A DNA stretch of 64,000 bases from contig OZ024740.1 of assembly GCA_964016885.1 (NCBI GenBank), positions 182,156,001-182,220,000 on the forward strand. The letters run 5' to 3'. Under the pieces are notes generated by a model. That model made no database searches and was not told where the DNA came from. It saw only the letters and a program-made list of their open reading frames with translations. Origin of the DNA: Eledone cirrhosa. Taxonomy: Eukaryota. The position numbers and the translations under genes were made by a program. This document shows positions 12,485-24,478 of this stretch, piece by piece. Within the stretch, counting starts at the first letter, position 1. Every line of letters starts with the position of its first letter.

Positions 12485-15400
12485 ATGAATCTGCGAGCTA
12501 CCAAGCACCCACGTGAAGCGCCAACCCAGAGACCCTCCCCTACGAGTGTCGACAAATGCCCAAAACTCCGAGTTGGTACCATCAATGTAGGCTCAATGAA
12601 AGGAAGAGCAGGAGAAATCGTAGAAATGCTAGAGCGAAAGGAAGTTGATGTATGCTGTGTGCAAGAGACTAGATGGAGAGGAGGGTCTGCTAGAGTCCTT
12701 GTATGAAAAAGCCAGTGCTACAAATTTTTCTGGGTGGGAAATGACGATGGGATGGGTGGTGTAGGTATACTATTAGCTGACAAGTGGGTAGATAAAGTAA
12801 TCTCAGTGTACAGGGTAAATGCAAGAATCATTAAACTCAGACTAGTCCTGAATAAGACAATTACCACAATAATATCAGCTTACGCACCCCAATCGGGGCT
12901 GCCAGACGAACTTAAGGATAGGTTTTACGAGTCCCTAATACACACTACTGCTCTAACAGACGACAAGGACTTCCTAATCATTGCAGGAGATTTTAACGGA
13001 CACGTAGGTAAACACTGCGACGGCTTCAATAGAGTACATGGAGGCCATGGAGTTGGCACAAGGAATGAGGAAGGATTCAGACTTCTAGAATTCTGCGACG
13101 CCAATGACATGTCGATATGTAACACAAACTTTAAAAAACCCGACAACCACCTGATCACCTATAGATCAGGGGAGCACTCTAGTCAGTTAGATTTTATCCT
13201 CATCAGAGGACGTGACAGATGGACGGTCGTAAACACAAAAGCCTTCCCTAGTGAGGAATGTACATCCCAACATAGCTTAGTTGTCAGCGACCTCACGGTC
13301 AGAACTAGACGAGCCCTGAAACAGAGGCCAACCTGGAGAAGAAAGATCTGGAAGCTGAAAGTCCCCTCAACCAGTAACAGATTTAAAGATATTTTACTCA
13401 ACGCCTACGACAGTAAAGAACAGATAGAGACATTTAACGTAGAAGAGAACTGGGAGTTCCTAAAAAATAACTTACTAGAGGCGACGGATGAGGTTTGTGG
13501 CTGGAGTAAGACCTCAAGCAGGAGGAGAGTGACTTGGTGGTGGAACAATAAGGTAGATGAAGCAGTCAAGGCCAAGAGACAGGCATGGAAAGAATGGAAG
13601 AACGGGGGGAGCAGGGTACATTACATAGAGACCAAGAGGGAAGCTAGGCGACAAGTATACTTAGCTAGGAGGGAAGCAGAGGATAGAAAATTCAAGCATG
13701 TTTTACAACGTGAGGACCAGAAACAGGAGGTATTCAAGATTGCGAGGCAGTGTGTCAGAGATAGTTGTGATGTCATTGGAGAGAAGTGTATCCGGAATGA
13801 TAAAGGTGAGCTTGCCCTCACAAGTGCTGAGAAGAAAGATGCATGGAAGAGTCATTATGATAGATTACTAAATGAGGAGAATGCATGGGAAGAAGAGACC
13901 CTACCCCACGTAGACCCTATACAGGGACCAGCAGTACAACTCAGCGGCAGCGTAGTAAGTAAGGCAATCAGAGATATGAAGATAGGGAAGGCAACCGGTC
14001 CATCGGGTATAGCTGCCGAGATGCTGAAGGCATCTGGGTCTGTAGGTCACACTATAACCACACGTATCGTTAACCAGGTAATACTAGAGGGGGCCATACC
14101 AAAAGATTGGTGCAGTAGCATCATTGTCAACTGCTACAAAGGTAAAGGCGATGCGCTAGATAGAGGAAACTATAGAGGTATAAAGTTGATGGACCAGGTC
14201 ATGAAAGTAACAGAAAGAGTTATAGCACAGCTGATTAGGGACCGGGTGAATATAGACGAGATGCAATTTGGGTTTGTACCAGGGAAAGGCACCACTGATG
14301 CGCTCTTCCTTGTGAGGCAATTACAGGAAAAGTACCTAGCCAAAAGTAAGCCACTCTACTTGGCATTTGTCGACCTTGAGAAAGCCTTTGACAGAGTTCC
14401 ACGTGCAGTAATCTGGTGGGCTCTTAGAAAACTAGGAGTAGATGAATGGCTTGTGAAAGCGGTACAAGCCATGTATAGGGGAGCAGTCAGCAAAGTTAGG
14501 ATTGGCAATGAGTATAGCGAGGAATTTAGCGTACAGGTTGGGGTCCACCAGGGCTCTGTTCTTAGCCCTCTCCTGTTCATCATAGTCCTGCAGGAAATAA
14601 CGGAGGAGTTTAAGACCGGATGCCCATGGGAACTCCTGTATGCTGATGACCTCGCACTCATAGCTGAATCTATGGTAGAACTAGAGAATAAATTCCAAAC
14701 CTGGAAGCAGGGACTAGAGAGAAAGGGCCTCAAAGTCAACATGACAAAGACTAAGGTCCTTATAAGTAGACGAGAAAACAGAACCCAGATCCCCTCAGGG
14801 AAATGGCCTTGCTCAGTATGTAGGAAAGGTGTAGGTAGGAACTCCATTCTTTGCCCCAAATGCAAACAATGGGTACACAAGAGATGTAGCGGGATCTCAG
14901 GAAGCTTAATTAAGAATGTAGGATTCACATGCAGCAGCTGTGCTGAAACAGCAAGCAAACAGCCACAGGAAACAAGTACCACCAATCTCTGGGAGGGCCC
15001 TGTAGAAACAGTAGACAGCTTCTGCTACCTAGGTGACCGAATTAGCAACGGAGGTGGGTGCTCAGAAAGTACAATAACTAGGGTAAGAACGGGATGGAAG
15101 AAGTTTAGGGAACTACTACCACTGCTAGCTGCAAAAGGCTTCTCCCTCAGAATGAAAGGCAGACTGTATGATGCGTGTATCCGAACAGCGATGTTGCATG
15201 GTAGTGAGACCTGGGCGCTGAAGGTGGAAGACTTACGTAGATTAGAGAGAAACGAAGCCTGCATGCTCCGATGGATGTGTAACAGTAATATACGTGAACG
15301 ACAAAGCATAAATGAATTGAGAGAGAGACTGAGCATAAGAGGAATCAAATGCTGCGTGCAGGAGAGGCGGTTACGCTGGTATGGACATGTGATGCGTATG

Positions 15401-15601
15401 AAGGATGACAGCTGCATAAAAAGGTGCAGAGCACTAGAAGTTGATGGAAACCGCGGAGTGGGGAGACCCAAGATGACTTGGGATGAGGTGATAAAAGCCG
15501 ACCTTACCCAACTACACCTCTCAAAGTCAATGACACACGACCGTGACTTCTGGCGTCACGCAGTAATACAGAGTACCCGACCTCCCATGGGTACAAGCTG
15601 A
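12485..15601 (+). pseudogene. RTE ORF (1038 codons: AP endonuclease, RT, PHD-type finger) with a single in-frame TGA
   Basis: ORFs 12485-12706 and 12734-15601 are in the same frame. TGA at 12704-12706 aligns to Gly in family A (IEGKKRCYK vs LV*KSQCYK). Motifs GTINVGS, CVQETRW, GDFNGH, LDF, SQH, AFDRV, QGSVLSP, YADD and YLG are all intact. Confidence 0.95.
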
Positions 15602-16030
15602 AGCATATAGACAATATGCCCCCACACCCTCCACCGCAGGGTGGTCGTGGAGGTGCCACGGCAAAAAAGCACCCAGCCCACACTGTAAAGTGGACGTGTA
15701 GGCGCCACGAAAAAGCACCCAGCACTCACTGTAAATGAGGTTGGTGTTAGGAAGGGCATCCAGCTGTAGAAATCAAGCCAGATCAGTTCCTGTATGAGCA
15801 AGGCATGGTCAGCCGACCAGACACTGCCCACAACAGGACAACCCGTCTAACCCATGCTAGCGTGGAAGAACGGACGTAAAACGGTGATGATGATGATATA
15901 TATATATATATATATATATATTTCCTCTTCCTACTATTTCAAAGTTGATGGCTACCCCCTCATTAACGAGTATGGCCAAGGCACGATATAATCTTATGCA
16001 TATATATATATACACACACATACATACATA

Positions 16031-16071
<41 letters not shown>

Positions 16072-16495
16072 ATGATGATAAATTCTATTCAATTATATAA
16101 TACTGTTTTACAATGAAGAAAATATAGAATGTGTATATCCATTGGCTGGTTATCACACCAACTACCTCTGAATTCCATTAAAACTTATTTTTCTTCTAGA
16201 ATATCTGAGTCAGTTGACAGGTGTTGACAGAACATAAAAGTATGATAATGGGAATCTACACTTTATATACTTTACAAACAAATCTCCATTCATTTGTAGA
16301 TTTCCATATGGCTCTTCATTCATTTGTAGTGCTTCATATGTTTCTTCAGACTATCAAAAACTGAAAGTTGTATTAAATATTACTGTTAACTTTTCAGATC
16401 TTTTACTGATTTATTTATTCTCAATTTTGACATTTTCATTTCTTGACTGGTTATCTTAAACTTCCATAAAATTCTTTTATATTTTCATGTCTCGT

Positions 16496-17057
16496 AGTTG
16501 TTGGTGGTGTCGATAATGTTGCTGTTGTTGTTGGTGATATTGATGATGTTGTTGGTGATATTGATGATGTTGATGTTCTTATTTTTGGTGGTGGTGCTGA
16601 TGATGATGATATTGTTTTTTTTGTTTGATGATATCAATAATGTTGTTTGGTGATATCAATAATGTTGTTGTTGTTGTAGTTAGTGATATTGATGATGTTG
16701 TTGGTGATGTTGATGATGTTGGTGTTGTTGTTGTTGGTGTTTGTGATGTTGATGATGTTGTTGGTGGTGGTGTTGATGTTGATGTTGTTGTTGGTTTATG
16801 TGATGTTGATTATGCTGTTGGTGGTGTTGGTGCTGACGATGCTGATGCTGTTGTTGGTGTTAGTGATGTTGATGATGTTGAGGATGATGATGTTGTTGTT
16901 GGTGTTAGTGTTGTTGATGATGTTGTTGGTGGTTGTGGTGTTGATGATGTTGATGTTGTTGTTGGTGTTAGTGATGTTGATGATGTTGAGGATGATGATG
17001 TTGTTGGTGGTAGTGCTAATGATGATGTAGTTGTTGGTGATGATGATGTTGTTGTTA
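16496..17057. repeat. (GTT/GAT/GGT)n low-complexity trinucleotide tract
   Basis: Mosaic of GTT, GAT and GGT with an internal ~50-bp duplication. Confidence 0.9.
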
Positions 17058-17329
17058 CTTAATGATGTTTTATGTTGTTTTCATTTTGGCTTTATTACTT
17101 TACTTTACTCTCATTTGATAACGTTACATTAATTGCATTTTTTAAAATTATTGTTTTGTTTCTCTTTATCTATTTCTGTTTTTACTGCTCTTTTTCAAAT
17201 TGTAACATCTTCTAAGTGTTTCGCTGTATTATCAATGCCTTTTTTTTTTGTTATTTGACAGTAGTAGGAAGCATTCTCGGATATTTTTCTTTGAAACACG
17301 ACAGAATAAAAATAACAATAACAACAACG

Positions 17330-17371
<42 letters not shown>

Positions 17372-17620
17372 CTTTCTTTATTAACCACAAGGGTCTACAT
17401 AAAGTAGACATTAAGGACAGTACAGGACAATACAGGGCGGTACAAATGGGCATTTCTGCGTGGAAAAAACAAGAAACAGAGGATGTAATAATAGAACAAT
17501 GAAAAAATTCCCCAATAGGGGGGAGACTTCCGAGGGACATTCGTGGAGAAAGCCCATTAAAAAGCCACAGTGACCCTGACCACCAGGGCAAGTGCCCTCT
17601 CCCAGTTTTCCACCTTTAAT

Positions 17621-20018
17621 TTACAGACACATACTCAGAGAAGGCCCATTCACTCGGGCCATACTTGCCTCTCTCACCCATCTTTCAACAAAATGCTGGG
17701 AAGAGAGCACTTCCCTTTCTACCCTGATTTTCCTTTTCAAATGAAATTTGAAAAAGTTAATCAGGGCATCACCGAAGAGGTAAGTGCTCGTCTTCAGCCC
17801 TTTCAAACGTGTCCACCATACTATCTCTTTCGCCATGGCCACCAGACAGATACAAACTGCCTGCCCTTCCCGGCTAAAGGAAGAGGGCGGGGCAATCCTC
17901 ACGATAGACTCAGCTCATAGCTGGATCCGTCCTACACGCGACAGCTGGTGTTCTACATAATCCCACAAGTCAGCAATGCTCGGACAATGGACGAGTGCAT
18001 GCAGGACGGTTTCGTCGCCCTGCGCGCATCTCGGACATGCCCGGCTGACGGCACCTCCATGCCTGTAGAGTTTATCCCGAACTGGCAAAGCTCCTCGGTA
18101 GCACTGCCAGGCCAGGGATTTCTGGTACTTGTCCATAGGCCCCGGCCCGAAAGTTCTTCCGAAGAGATTGGCTAGTTGATTTTCGTCGACGCCTAGAGTT
18201 TCCCCAAATACGTCGTAGGTCGTCCCCTCCACTAATCCTCTATAGAACGCCAAGGTGGAGTTTCCACCGATCACATTGCCCGATTGGTCGAGGGCTGTGA
18301 GCGCCTGAATACATTCCAGTCTCCAAGCACTCCCTCTCGGTCTTCGCTTGACCTAGGACTGCAGCTCCGTCAAGGAGACGAGCAGGGGAAAGAAGCGTCT
18401 AGCAAACGGAGACCACACCTGATCACTGTCGAGGAAGAGGTGGAGATGTCTTAGCCTGAGCGCGTGTCTGCGCATCATCAGCCACGGCATTCCCATCCCT
18501 CCACGTAGCGCGTGTTGACAGCAGATGGACCGCCTGACCATCGGAGCGCGTCCCTTCCACAAAAAGCGAAAGAGCAAATGTTCCAGCGCGGTCTGGCGGG
18601 GCTTAGGACAAGGTACGACGGTCAGGCGGTAGTAGATGACGTACGCCAAGTACGCATTGGCCACCTCCGCTCGACCTTTCAGGGATAGGTTCCTCTCCGC
18701 CCATTTCTATGTGAGAAAAGCCACCCTGCTCGTCACCTCGTCCCAGTTTTTGTCCGTCTGGAGGTCCGGACCGAACCAGACCCCTAGCAATTTAACCTGT
18801 CCGTCCATCCAGCGCCCGACGATCCAGCCCGCCGCTGCCCCCGAACAGCTGTGCAAAATGTCGCTGAAAAGCTTCACACATTTGCCCGGGATCGAGTAGC
18901 ATGCGCCCGTCGTTGTCCACAAAAGACCGGATCGTGGCTTTGTTGCCGCGACGCGCCTCCGCCCCTCGGGCCCATTGAACGGCTTTCGTCCCCTCGTGTC
19001 TGAGAGCACGCACCTTAGCTCTGACAACGTAGCCTTCGTGCTTTGCATTGAAGAATTGATCAAGGGCCAATTTCGCCGCAAGTACATCGGTCGCGATGCC
19101 TTTGCTAAGCGCGTCGTCTAATTTTCTAAATAGTTCTCTCTCTGCTCTATTTTTCTCTATTGCTAAAGCCTTACTAAACCTAATAGACTCTATTCTAATC
19201 GCTCTTTTCAGAGCAAACCACCACTTGTTGTTGACGATGGTCCCCGTCAACGTCCGCTTAACTAGTTCGCTAATCCGGTCTCTCTAATCCGTTTAGAATC
19301 CAATAGCCGGGTTCTCTCTATGAAGCCTATCTAAGTCAAGCACACAAAATCACGGATTTGTGGTCCGTGTAGCTGACTATCTTGAATTGTGGACAACCTA
19401 TGCTAAACCTATCTATTTCTCTACATATGATCTGGATGACCGTATGCGATTTGTCCACATTGGCACATTCGGGAAATTCAATCGGTACCTGTTAGACAGT
19501 TCAAAACGCCTGTGCAGATTGGTGAGGCTCTTGCACCATCCTCCCCTATCCGCTAATCCCACACAGTCCCAGCGTGCATCTAAGATTCCATTCCAGTCGC
19601 CCACTAACACTAAAGTGTGGGACGTTCCAAGAAAGTTCTCCAGACGCCGGAAGAAATCAGGACGCCCTGCTCCTGTCGGTACATAGACGGCCACTAGCCT
19701 GAAAGCTTGCCCATCTCCGCTGGTTACGTCCAGCACCACCAACTTACCTTCTGGGACCAGGAAGATGGTCCGTATGGCGAGATCCAAACCTCCCCTAAAA
19801 AGCACAGCAACTCCTCCCCCCGATCCAGGACGGCTGGGAGATGCGTACACATCGTAGCCGCCGAAGATCGTTGCAAAGGCCCGTGCTTCGGAGATTCTGG
19901 TCTCGCTGATCGTCACTACATCTATGTTTAGTGACCTGCGGTCGTTGAGCAGGTGGCCCTGCTTCCATGACGACCCCAAGCCACGCGCATTTATGCTGCC
20001 TATTCTAAGTGAGGTCAT
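17621..20018 (-). pseudogene. Tx1 ORF2 remnant (endonuclease retained, ~957-bp RT deletion, C-terminal zinc motif)
   Basis: ORF fragments 19413-20054, 18792-19250, 18353-18664, 17915-18274 and 17621-17902. Deletion junction near 18820. Confidence 0.88.
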
Positions 20019-20054
20019 GTTGAAATGGAGTGGAAAAGATGGGAAAGACAACAT

Positions 20055-22057
20055 ACCTTACTTCTCGTAGAGGAAGGATGGTTTCTCCATGCTTTTCAAT
20101 GCTTCTGGCCTCCTCCGGAAGGATGTCCTTATAAATCCTCCTACAGAGTGCTTGTCGAAAATCTCCGATATCTTTGGGGAATTTTTGTTTTAGTGTCATG
20201 TACGTTTTCTGTGTGATGCGAGTGATTTGTATGTGTGGAGGTGGTGTGAACTTTTGTGTTCGTGTGTAGTCTTTTTCTGTGATGCTGATGTTGTGTTGGA
20301 TGTAATGTAATAATTAGTTGTTGTTCAAATTTAATTGTTTCTACTTTTGGCACAAGGCCAGCAATTACCCAGTGCATTACTGGTACTTTATTTTATCGAC
20401 CCCGTAAGGATGAAAGGCAAAGTCAACCTCGGCGGGATTTTCAAATTTAATGCTGTGTAGTGTGTATCGTTTTGGTTGTTTTGTTTAGTTTGCGTTTGTT
20501 GTGGGTTTGTTTCTGTTTCGCTTTTTGGTGACCTTTGTGGTGTTGGTGATGGTGGTGTTGGGGTTAATGATGGTGATGGTGTTGGTGTTTGTGGTGATGG
20601 GGTTGGTGATGCTGGTGTGGATGGTGGTATAGCTGTCCTAACTTTTTTGTTTGATAGTTTATTTGTTTCCCTCTGTATTTTGTTTTTGGAGGGAGAAGGA
20701 AGGGGATTTTTTCTTTTTTGGCTTCTTTTTCTTGTTTTCTTTTTTTCTTTTTTTCCTAATACCGTTTCCCACTCCTCGTCGTCACAATCTGTCTCCAGTT
20801 GCGATAGGTCAGGGAGTGGAAAATCCTCCACGGGCGTCGGTTTTGTTTGTTGCATGGTGGATTGTGTAGGCGCTGGTGCGTTGGGTGGTGGTGGTGTTGG
20901 TTTTGCTACTGTTGCTGGGGTTGTTGCTGTTACAGTTGCTTCTGTTTTTGCTGCTACAGTTGTTGCTGCCATTTCTACTGTTGGTGGTGTTAATGGTTGA
21001 GTCACTGTGGTGGGTAAGAGAGGTGGCCTCAACCTTTTAGCCTGAGGGCAGAAAGCCCTTAGGTGGGTTCCTTCACCACAAACGACACACCTAGGCCTTC
21101 TGCCTTCGACGATTACGGTGAGGTGACTGCTGTCAGTGGGGTCTATTACCCCTGGGATATCCTCAATGCTTTTATGGTCCGCTTGGATCAGGAGCTCCAT
21201 CCCAGATCCGGACCAGTTCTCCTGCTTTTCTTTCGCTATTTCGATTATCTTGGTGTTGGCTTCGATGCCGGCGAGGACGCCAGCCATTAGCCAGGGAATT
21301 TTGATAGCCGGTGGAACGTGGGTCACCCTGATCTTTACGAGTCTCTGGCCACAATAGCTTGGGACGAGTGTGAAGTCGTCACTTCTTAATGGGGCCATGG
21401 AGTGTTCTCTGGCCACCTGTGGTGTTCCAAAGAACATGTCCACGTTTCCATATTTCTGCCCACGTCTAATGTGGGTTTTTTTTTGCCCACACATGTCCCA
21501 AAGCTTTTTAGATTTGGGACTCGTTCCACTCGGCGCGATTTTATGTTAATCGTCCGATAAGACACGGTGCGTCCGATAAGACCCGGTGAGGCTGACGCTG
21601 TACCCATCTTTCTTTACCATACTTTTGGCTTCATCTAATTCCTCCTGAGTTACCTGGATTGCTTGCACTTTTTCGCTACTCTGGCAAAAGACAGGGTGGT
21701 TTTCTTATTCTCATTGTTGTTGTTGCTGTTGTTGTTATCGTTATGTTTGTTATTGTTATTTTTAATTTCAGTTGTGGTGGTGGTGTCAGTGGTGTTCGGT
21801 GTAGAAGGGTTCATTCTGGGTGAATCCATTTCGATGTCACGAGATAATTTATTTTTTTCTTTTGTTTCTGTTGTCGCTGTGGTGATGGTGGTGGTGGCGG
21901 TTTCAACACCTGCAGTCATTGGTAATGGCGGGAAATGAATGTCTGCATGAGACAAATTTAAATTATTGCTACTGCTTATATTTTTAGTGTTGGCAAACGT
22001 AGTAATATTTACAATGGTGGTGTCGGTGTGAGGAAGGAATGACTCTGAGTCGTCCAT
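20055..22057 (-). pseudogene. Tx1 ORF1 (gag-like, CCHC knuckle, Pro/Thr-rich region), frameshifted and SINE-interrupted
   Basis: Fragments 21650-22057, 21386-21607, 20388-21494 and 20005-20199 are colinear with 31592-33535. Confidence 0.85.
20336..20439 (-). mobile_element. 5'-truncated tRNA-derived SINE inserted in Tx1 ORF1
   Basis: Matches the 3' half of the SINE at 60889-61076. 12-bp TSD TTCAAATTTAAT at 20324-20335 and 20440-20451. The site is empty in the paralog near 33255. Confidence 0.92.
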
Positions 22058-22270
22058 GATTTTTTCAAAGAAATTTTTGTTTGATAATTATAAAAGTTTA
22101 AATTTTGGGCTCAAGGCCCCAATCCTTTTGAGTGTCCTTTTCAGAAAACAATGTATGTGCACTTATATAGAGTTAACCATAAAAAGTTTCCATAAATGGC
22201 AATTTTAAACAAGTGAAAACAACAAACCTTTGCGGAGCTCACGATAATACGATTTCCCACGTAGGGCGCC

Positions 22271-22317
<47 letters not shown>

Positions 22318-22833
22318 CAGAGAAATAAAAATAAAAAGTAAATGAAATCTTAAAAGAAAAGAATTAAAAAAAGATAAAATAAGGAATACTTTGGATAAAT
22401 GTTTTCACAACTTATGATAGAACATATATATATATATATTTACACATACACACACACACACACACACAAACACCCACTTACACACACACACACATACACA
22501 CACACTCACATGTATGTGTATATATATATATATAGTGTATGTGATTCAGTCAATTACTAGTGGTGGTGCGAAAATAAGCACTCGGTGCCCAGACAGCTAG
22601 TATATATTAAGAACAACTATGAAGTTTCATTTACATGTAGTTAGTTTTCATTGTGTATTGACCAGTGTTTCACAGGGGGTCAGCCCAGGGTTACCCATAG
22701 AAGGTATATATATAGACCTGTCTCCATTATTGATCTGCTCTTCAGACTGGCGATTTTTAAAAAATGCAGTTTTTATTGTGATATGTGAGAAGATGGGTAT
22801 ATATAAACATCAGCCCTATTTCTTTTCATTGAT

Positions 22834-23312
22834 ACCTCTCTAAGAAAATGTCACTGGACCGAGATCTTTGGTGCTACGCAGTAATACAGAAAACCCGCCT
22901 TGCCTAAGTACAAAGCGAAACATACAGTTAGTAGGCACCTATTTATCAAATATATACCCCCCTCCCGCTACCCAAACTCCCCCACCCCACCCCCATCACC
23001 ACCACCACTTTCTCTGTAAAGTTATGTTGGTACCACAACATCCAGTCCTAAATAAATGAGGTCGTGTAGGTGTCACGACAAAAAAACACACAGTCCACGT
23101 TGTAATGTGGCCATGTAGATAGTACGGTAAAAACCTCCCAGTCCAAACTGTAAACGTGGTTGGTGTTAGGAAGGGCATCCAGCTGTAGAAAACCTGCCAG
23201 ACAGTCCCATACGAGCGAGATGACCAATTTTGCCTCAAGTGGGACAATTCCTGTCTAAACCCATGCTAGCGTGGAAGATAGACGTTAAACAATGATGATG
23301 ATGATGATGATG
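22834..23312 (+). mobile_element. RTE family A 3' fragment (diverged)
   Basis: Matches the ORF end, 3' UTR and (GAT)n tail of 9520-10007. Confidence 0.9.
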
Positions 23313-23909
23313 TGAGTATATGTAACCATTTGAATGCATAGGCAGGGCTACTTGTCTGGTCCGAGGATGGCTTGCCAATTCAGTGTTATTGTAACAACAA
23401 ACAATAATACTGAATTAGCAAACCATCCACAAGCCAAATCTATCCTCAATTTTCTATTCTCTGTTTGTGTTTGCGATAGCCCTAGCATCTTATATATCTA
23501 ATTATGCAATCAACACTTCATGAAATCATCTATGTTTTGCATCATGATTGGATGTTGAAACTGGGCCATTGAAATATGTATAGTATTTTCACGGAATTAA
23601 AATTTTAAAGAAAGCTTCCAATCCAACCTTGTGTTGTTTTTAATGAATGTTTAACTCCATTCCTGCACCAGCCATTGGATACCACATCTACGATGGAAGA
23701 TCTGCATAATGTTGAGAGCTTTAATTTATTTATCATCGTCTACAACCTGGAATCACCAGTTCTACCCATTGGTAAACATCATAACATACATATATAGGAA
23801 GAGACAGGACCCTGATGGCTGGAGCTCATCCGTCGGGGTCCTGACTCTCTTCCTATTACCCACTCTACTACCTATAGTATCGGGCGTTTTGGTCCACTTG
23901 GTTCCTTAC

Positions 23910-23957
<48 letters not shown>

Positions 23958-24109
23958 TTAAAATAACAGATTAAAGTTTAAGCAAAGAACCGCTGCTTTC
24001 ACACTTAACGGGATCTTCTGAAACTAAAAAAGTCAATCTGTGAACGCAGAAATAAATATTTTGAAAAACGTTGACTTATAGTCTACAAATTTATTATTAT
24101 TACTATTAT

Positions 24110-24155
<46 letters not shown>

Positions 24156-24208
24156 GTGGAGAAGTAAATAAAGGAGAACAAACCGTTAAAACATGTTTAT
24201 TTAAAATA

Positions 24209-24248
24209 GCACCTACGTACGTTTCACCCGAATGGGCTTCTCAAGGGC
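24209..24248 (-). ncRNA. Minimal type I hammerhead ribozyme, U3-A8 variant
   Basis: On the minus strand: GCCC TTGAGAA GCCC-ATTC-GGGT GAAA CGTACG TA GGTGC. Confidence 0.7.
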
Positions 24249-24478
24249 ATAAACAACTAAAAAGCGTTCCTTACATGACCCGGAATGGGTTTTTAGAGAT
24301 AAGTTCACGTCAGAGTTCATTCTTCGTAAAAAAGAACATGTATTAATTTTGCAGTAGGTCAAGGGAGATAACTCTAGTGGTGTTAGGGCAGTCTTTTCCG
24401 GACGATTCTTTTTATCCGTTACGACTATGTGGTTACTATCCTACCATTGTCGATACACAAAGGGTCAGGTATGCAACA

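Larger units (their letters stand above)
10599..15897 (+). mobile_element. Near-intact full-length RTE LINE (family D)
   Basis: Monomer array (assignment to the element is inferred), 5' UTR with CCAAT at 12291, long EN-RT ORF, 3' UTR, and (GAT)n tail running into (TA)n. Confidence 0.9.
17371..22270 (-). mobile_element. Tx1/L1-clade LINE, copy 1 (both ends present, RT core deleted)
   Basis: ORF1 with a CCHC knuckle (CVVCGEGTHLRAFC). ORF2 has an AP endonuclease (SINARGL, ISETR, VGDWN) and a C-terminal CPRC...HALVHC motif. Flanked by (AAT)n on both sides. Inverted paralog at 31378-36670. Confidence 0.92.

Noticed and set aside
14356-15471. Long antisense ORFs over the RT (also 1324-1698, 8589-8963, 40283-40687)
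   Set aside because: They are shadow ORFs from codon bias of the sense RT frame; their recurrence only reflects copy homology.
16625-17062. Asp/Val/Gly-rich 145-aa ORF resembling an acidic biomineral protein
   Set aside because: It is the translation of a GTT/GAT/GGT low-complexity tract that is open in several frames; there is no signal peptide, true ATG context or splice support.
23952-24020. Segment also present inverted at ~10014-10068, with CAGAAGA...GAAA on the minus strand
   Set aside because: It is a real dispersed repeat end, but the core and stems are too degenerate to call a ribozyme or assign a family.
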